Part shown: positions 17,154 to 21,262 of the stretch, piece by piece
Numbering within the stretch: the first letter of the stretch is position 1
Layout of the letters: the number at the start of each line of letters is the position of its first letter
From: a virus
Lineage: Duplodnaviria > Heunggongvirae > Uroviricota > Caudoviricetes
IMG/VR virus record: IMGVR_UViG_2703718838_000007
Reading direction: 5' to 3' (one strand)
DNA length: 21,262 bases
Notes under the pieces: model-generated
Seen by the model: only the letters and a program-made list of their open reading frames with translations
Database searches by the model: none
Told to the model about the DNA's origin: nothing
Made by a program: the position numbers and the translations under genes

Positions 17154-18124
17154 TAAAAAGCCTCCAGATCGTCAAACGTGCCCGCCGCAACCATCGCGTT
17201 GTAAGCCGCATCACCCATCACGGCGCCACAATCAGGGCAACCGCCGCCGTAACACCCGCAGCAGTCGCAGACAGGCAGCACGCCGATCACTTCTTTGGCC
17301 TTCTGGCGGTTGTCTTTGTCGGTGCTGACGGAACGTTGCACGCTGATTTCGTGCATCTTGAAGGGCTGATAAATCGCGCGGGTGGCTTCGGTGTCGCTGT
17401 TTGAAATGACGACCTTCACGCCATGCTTACGGTTAACTTCCAGCAGTGCCTGGACTAACTGGCGGTGGTTGTCTTCCGTGAATGGTTCGGTATGGTATTG
17501 GGTGAAGTCCGCTGTTTTGCTCTCAGGCAGATAAGGCGGATCGCAGTAAACGAGAACATCGCCACCCGTGACGACCTGTAAAGAACGCTGGAACGGCGCG
17601 CAAAGAAATATTGCCTTTGTATCGTTGGCCTTTTCGGCAAACAGTCGGATTTCATTTTCTGGAAAGTAGACGCTCTTATACTTGCCAAACGGCACGTTAA
17701 AGCCGGTCTTCCGACTGTATCGGCATAAGCCGTTATAACCGTGGCGATTCAGATACAGGAATTGAGCAGCGCGCATAATGCACGCCATTTCAGCGCCATA
17801 ACGCAACCCACCGCTTTTTACCGTACCCACCTGCTTATTGAACGCGGCGCGGACTTCGTTGTATCCCTGCGGGCTGTTCTTACTGTTGAACAGTTCGCGG
17901 GCCGCATCGATCACTAAGTCCGGGTAACGGGTGACTTCCCGATACAGGTTAATAAGATCCGGGTTGATATCAGCCAGCACATAGCGGCGGTATTCAGTCG
18001 CCAGAAATACCGATGCGCCGCCTACGAACGGTTCGATCAGGCAGTCGGCTTTAGGAAGATGCGGCAGCAGGTCAGGGAGGGCACGGGTTTTACCCCCTGC
18101 CCATTTGATGAACGGGCGGATCAT
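17153..18124 (-). CDS. Dam-like N6-adenine DNA methyltransferase with a Cys-rich C-terminal extension
   Basis: ATG at 18124 gives MIRPFIKWAGGK; motif I-like EPFVGGASVF and catalytic DPPY. C-terminus carries VCDCCGCYGGGCPDC. The track's longer ORF starts at an upstream non-ATG codon. Confidence 0.8.
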   Translation of the reverse strand: MIRPFIKWAGGKTRALPDLLPHLPKADCLIEPFVGGASVFLATEYRRYVLADINPDLINLYREVTRYPDLVIDAARELFNSKNSPQGYNEVRAAFNKQVGTVKSGGLRYGAEMACIMRAAQFLYLNRHGYNGLCRYSRKTGFNVPFGKYKSVYFPENEIRLFAEKANDTKAIFLCAPFQRSLQVVTGGDVLVYCDPPYLPESKTADFTQYHTEPFTEDNHRQLVQALLEVNRKHGVKVVISNSDTEATRAIYQPFKMHEISVQRSVSTDKDNRQKAKEVIGVLPVCDCCGCYGGGCPDCGAVMGDAAYNAMVAAGTFDDLEAF

Positions 18125-18125
18125 T

Positions 18126-18338
18126 TTACAGGACTCCGTAAGGGGAAGAAGGAACAACCGGACGCTGCAACGCCGTGGTAAGGCGCTGGCGCATGTCGTC
18201 GATAAAGCAGGAAACAGAGGGATCGTCAGAAGAAAGGGTTAACTCACCATCGCGGCGGGTTTTAATCGTCAACCCTTCATGCTCAACAGCAGGTAAGAGA
18301 ACGTGCAGGATGAAGTTATATTGATCGCGTTTAGTCAT
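18126..18338 (-). CDS. Small hypothetical early protein (70 aa from the ATG at 18338)
   Basis: ATG at 18338 preceded by TGAGG; stop one nt before the methyltransferase start. An alternative ATG at 18371 is possible. Confidence 0.4.
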   Translation of the reverse strand: MTKRDQYNFILHVLLPAVEHEGLTIKTRRDGELTLSSDDPSVSCFIDDMRQRLTTALQRPVVPSSPYGVL

Positions 18339-18369
18339 GATTCGAAGCCTCAGGATGAGTGAAAGCGCC

Positions 18370-18385
18370 ATCACTTAATTAAGTG
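18370..18385. repeat. Perfect 16-bp palindrome TCACTTAATTAAGTGA
   Basis: Read directly. Sits in an AT-rich gap between two small early ORFs, with a second TTAATTAA at 18408-18415. Confidence 0.6.
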
Positions 18386-18429
18386 ACGACAGTGAAGACT
18401 GTTTTTTAATTAATATTTAACTGGCGTTG

Positions 18430-18660
18430 TTAGCCGATTAAATCTCTCAAAGAATTAACAAGGTTAAAAAGCAATCCTTTGTTTATCTTCTTCGTATAAA
18501 CAAAGGGCTTACTCATTCCCTTAATAAATTGAACCTTGCCAGGCTCAGGTTTAAAGAATTTCCCGTCTGGTGTTTCCAGCCAGCCGCGTGAGTTTTTGAA
18601 GTGTGTAACCTGGCACCCGTGCTTAAGCAGGCTTGCCAGTGATGGGCCTTCATCGTGCAT
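18430..18660 (-). CDS. Small hypothetical early protein (76 aa)
   Basis: ATG at 18660 preceded by AAGGGGG. Translation MHDEGPSLASLLKHGCQVTHF... looks protein-like. Confidence 0.45.
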   Translation of the reverse strand: MHDEGPSLASLLKHGCQVTHFKNSRGWLETPDGKFFKPEPGKVQFIKGMSKPFVYTKKINKGLLFNLVNSLRDLIG

Positions 18661-18895
18661 TACTGCCCCCTTGCTTATACATCTGATCAACCGTGCGCAT
18701 GGCTTCCGCTAAAGCAAAGTCACGCCCGTAATAATCGCCATTACTGGAAATACGATAAGAGTGCTTAAACGTAAATGGATTACGCGGGCACTTTTGAATC
18801 GTGAAGCCACGATATAAATATGAGTGACGACTTAACTGTATTAATTGCACAGCCACAAAAGCCCCCTCACATTCCCAATTTAAGCAATTCACCAT
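18650..18895 (-). CDS. Small hypothetical early protein (about 81 aa); start uncertain
   Basis: Only in-frame starts (18895, 18901) overlap the upstream gene by ~30 nt and lack a clear RBS. Contains a CxxxC pair. Confidence 0.3.
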   Translation of the reverse strand: MVNCLNWECEGAFVAVQLIQLSRHSYLYRGFTIQKCPRNPFTFKHSYRISSNGDYYGRDFALAEAMRTVDQMYKQGGSNAR

Positions 18896-19070
18896 CAACA
18901 TGGCGCGCCACGTCTTTGGTTATTTTCTTAATCAGCTTTTTATCCCTGATCATAAACTCGCCGCTATTGGTGCGAATCATGAAGCCCGTTTGCATATTTT
19001 TTAAATGGGTGTCCAGAATATTGTTACATTCACGCACCCGGTTTTCGTGGTTGGCTGTTTTCTGGCTCAT
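18867..19070 (-). CDS. Small hypothetical early protein (67 aa) immediately downstream of cox
   Basis: ATG at 19070 (MSQKTANHENRVRECNN...) with GAGG about 8 nt upstream, 11 nt after the cox stop. The longer track ORF 18867..19247 overlaps cox in another frame. Confidence 0.5.
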   Translation of the reverse strand: MSQKTANHENRVRECNNILDTHLKNMQTGFMIRTNSGEFMIRDKKLIKKITKDVARHVDGELLKLGM

Positions 19071-19080
19071 CGCGATAACC

Positions 19081-19362
19081 TCAAAGACCGATCCACAACA
19101 ACCACGCGTCGCGCTGTTCTCTCGGACGGTTGTAATAGGCGTCACGCATTGCGCGGTTGAACTCAGGAATATAGATCCAGTTCTCAGCGCGGGCGCCCAG
19201 GCTTTCCGGGTTCTTCCACGGGATGATCGGCAACTTACCGTCTTCAATCATGCTCTTAACCGTGGCGGGCTTCTTACCGATCAATTCGGCAAATTTTGGG
19301 TATGGAACCGCGTCAACAGCGTGACGCACTTCAATGAACCCCTCTAACTCTTTGTCTGTCAT
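19081..19362 (-). CDS. cox: Cox-like excisionase / lytic-switch regulator
   Basis: 93 aa with PYPKFAELIGKKPATVKSMIEDGKLPII...AYYNRPREQRDAWLLWIGL, matching the pattern I recall for P2 Cox. GAGGTAA RBS. Confidence 0.8.
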   Translation of the reverse strand: MTDKELEGFIEVRHAVDAVPYPKFAELIGKKPATVKSMIEDGKLPIIPWKNPESLGARAENWIYIPEFNRAMRDAYYNRPREQRDAWLLWIGL

Positions 19363-19452
19363 AGAATTACCTCTAATTGATTGTTGCCGGGATTTTTTCT
19401 CACGCCCCGGCGCGTGTTACCCTTGTAGCTCTCACACTAATAGGGCAAAAAA

Positions 19453-19692
19453 ATGGACGAATTTAAGGGCGTTTTTCCTCTACCGATTACTGACCTTAAA
19501 GGTCTTAAATTCGACGCCAAGACAGGCGAATTACAACTCGATGTAGTGCTTCCGCACCCTGCTGGTGATATTCCTCTGCGATTGCAGTTTTCAGCAGGGG
19601 TAACACAATCACTTGCATTGAACTTAGCGAGGACACACAAATTTCTGGATGAGCAACTCGAAGGAACACCAGTGACAAACGTTCTGCAATAA
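19453..19692 (+). CDS. Hypothetical 79-aa protein in the cox-C intergenic region, co-oriented with C and int
   Basis: Protein-like translation; AT-richer than neighbours by eye; weak RBS. Competes with an antisense ORF (19505..19789) that looks less protein-like. Confidence 0.35.
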   Translation: MDEFKGVFPLPITDLKGLKFDAKTGELQLDVVLPHPAGDIPLRLQFSAGVTQSLALNLARTHKFLDEQLEGTPVTNVLQ

Positions 19693-19891
19693 CCCGCATA
19701 AATCCACGTTTTTGACTCTCCTTAATCTGGCGGGATCTCATATGTAAGGCTCCGCCCGATTCTTCCTCTCCCTCATGTTTCATAACCATTTGTGCTAATC
19801 TCCCCGTTGGCGCTAGGCGCTTATTTCGGCTTGTAACTGCTTATATTGGCGGTTGCTCATGGTAGAGATTACCACCCTTAAGGAGAATGTT

Positions 19892-20212
19892 ATGGTAGAG
19901 ATCCCTACCCCGTCAAGCAGCGTGGGTGAAAAAATCAGAGCTATCAGGGATGCGGAGGGGTTAACAAGGCAGCAATTCTTTGAATTAACAGGAATACCTG
20001 CTGGCACGCAGAAGTATTACGAGACAGGAAGAGTGGAGAGTATTGGTAGCGATATCTTGCTTAAGATCACTCAGCATTCACGTTTCGCAAAATACACGCT
20101 CTGGCTTATGACAGATAAGACCGCCCCTCAAGCTGGTCAAATCGCACCGGCCCTCGCACACATTGGGCCAGAGTCAACTGGATCAGACCGCTCCGAGAAA
20201 CAAACTGGTTAA
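19892..20212 (+). CDS. C: Immunity repressor, P2 C-like
   Basis: ATG at 19892 with AAGGAG 6 nt upstream. C-terminal region (FAKYTLWLMTDKTAPQAGQIAPALAH) resembles P2 C as I recall it. The track's upstream start at 19853 has no RBS. Confidence 0.8.
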   Translation: MVEIPTPSSSVGEKIRAIRDAEGLTRQQFFELTGIPAGTQKYYETGRVESIGSDILLKITQHSRFAKYTLWLMTDKTAPQAGQIAPALAHIGPESTGSDRSEKQTG

Positions 20213-20281
20213 CTGTTTATAAACATTACATTTTCACTATCTGTTATCAGGATGGGGAAATAAACGCCGGAGGGCTTTCTT

Positions 20282-21262
20282 ATGTCGATTAAGAAGCTCG
20301 AAGGTGGTCAATATGAAGTGGACGTATGGCCGCGCGGACGTAACGGAAAACGTATCCGCAGGCGATTTGAGAAGAAACAAGAGGCAGTTCTTTTTGAGCG
20401 TTATGTATTAGCCAACGCCGACAAAAAAGAATGGCTGGGCGCGAGCGTTGACCGCCGCACCTTAAGCGAGTTGTTAGATACCTGGTGGCTGCTGTATGGA
20501 CAGACTCAGGAAAATGGCGAGATTGAAAAGCGGCACCTGAATAAAACAATCAGGGCGCTGGGTGATCCAGCCGTTAACCGACTGAACAAACGAATGATTG
20601 CACAGCACCGAAGCCAACGGCTGGAAGACGGTATCAGCGCAGCAACGATCAACCGGGATATTTACCGTTTGTCCGGGATGTTCAGCACGTTGATAAAGCT
20701 GGAAGAGTTCAGAAAGGAAAACCCCTGCAAGGGTCTGGAACCACTGAAAGAAGCGCCGCCAGCTATGACCTATCTCGCCAAATCAGAGATCAGCAGATTG
20801 CTGGATACTCTGACTGGCGATGATCGACGCGTAGCACTGCTATGCCTCAGCACTGGCGCTCGTTGGGGTGAAGGCAGCACACTGCGAGGTGAGCAGGTTA
20901 ACCACGGGCGCGTAACGTTCCTTAAGACCAAAAACGGGAAAAAGCGTACGGTTCCGATTTCGGAAGAACTGGAAAAAGAGATCAAGACCAGCGACACCGG
21001 GCCACTGTTCAAAGTTGACTATGAAAACTTCTGCGAACAGCTCAGACAGGTTAAGCCCGATTTACCACGCGGGCAGGCCACGCACGTGCTTCGGCATACG
21101 TTCGCAAGCTGGTTCATGATGAACGGTGGGAACATTATTGCGTTACAGCAAATTCTTGGGCACGCCAGCATACAACAGACGATGGTTTATGCTCACCTTG
21201 CACCTGATTACCTGCAACACGCAGTAACGTTAAACCCTCTCGGCGGTGGTCTGGCGGTGTGA
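20282..21262 (+). CDS. int: Tyrosine integrase, P2 Int-like
   Basis: 326 aa, GGAGGG RBS. C-terminal HVLRHTFAS...MVYAHLAP contains the His/Arg/Tyr catalytic pattern of tyrosine recombinases. Stop is the last codon of the window. Confidence 0.9.
   Translation: MSIKKLEGGQYEVDVWPRGRNGKRIRRRFEKKQEAVLFERYVLANADKKEWLGASVDRRTLSELLDTWWLLYGQTQENGEIEKRHLNKTIRALGDPAVNRLNKRMIAQHRSQRLEDGISAATINRDIYRLSGMFSTLIKLEEFRKENPCKGLEPLKEAPPAMTYLAKSEISRLLDTLTGDDRRVALLCLSTGARWGEGSTLRGEQVNHGRVTFLKTKNGKKRTVPISEELEKEIKTSDTGPLFKVDYENFCEQLRQVKPDLPRGQATHVLRHTFASWFMMNGGNIIALQQILGHASIQQTMVYAHLAPDYLQHAVTLNPLGGGLAV

Larger units (their letters stand above)
1..21262. mobile_element. P2-like prophage segment (tail, lysis, head, cos, accessory cassette, replication, immunity and integrase modules); both ends extend beyond the window
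   Basis: Collinear P2-type order H-I-J-W-V-S-R-lysis-X-L-M-N-O/P-Q-cos-[cassette]-A-...-cox-C-int, with P2-like translations for most genes. The integrase stop is the last base of the window. Confidence 0.9.

Noticed and set aside
19505-19789. 94-aa minus-strand ORF antisense to the 79-aa ORF
   Set aside because: Less protein-like, no RBS; it would have to run from inside the immunity region toward cox. The plus-strand ORF is the better candidate, though neither is proven.
1-21262. CRISPR arrays, tRNA or rRNA genes
   Set aside because: No regularly spaced short direct repeats with unique spacers and no tRNA-like or rRNA-like sequence noticed on either strand.

Overview
The whole window is one contiguous segment of a P2-like (Peduovirus-type) temperate myovirus, almost certainly a prophage, with gene order and many proteins recognisably P2-like. 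Reading left to right: tail fibre H (3' part outside the window), baseplate I-J-W-V, tail completion S-R, a lysis cassette (overlapping spanins, a CHAP-like peptidase endolysin, holin), head genes X-L-M-N-O on the minus strand diverging from terminase P and portal Q on the plus strand, the cos site, a two-gene accessory cassette, replication initiator A, a Dam-like adenine methyltransferase, several small early ORFs, the Cox/C immunity switch and the integrase. No rRNA, tRNA or CRISPR array was seen. The main hunt result is the cassette at 12822-14541: an unrecognised 197-aa protein followed by a fused HTH_XRE / M78 (ImmA/IrrE-type) metallopeptidase, with its own promoter-like repeats and terminator, in the position where P2 carries tin/old. 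Secondary candidates are a 79-aa ORF inside an unusually long cox-C switch region, the Dam-like methyltransferase with a cysteine-rich tail, and the small early ORFs. All homology statements are from reading the translations by eye and from memory of P2 proteins; no database search was run.
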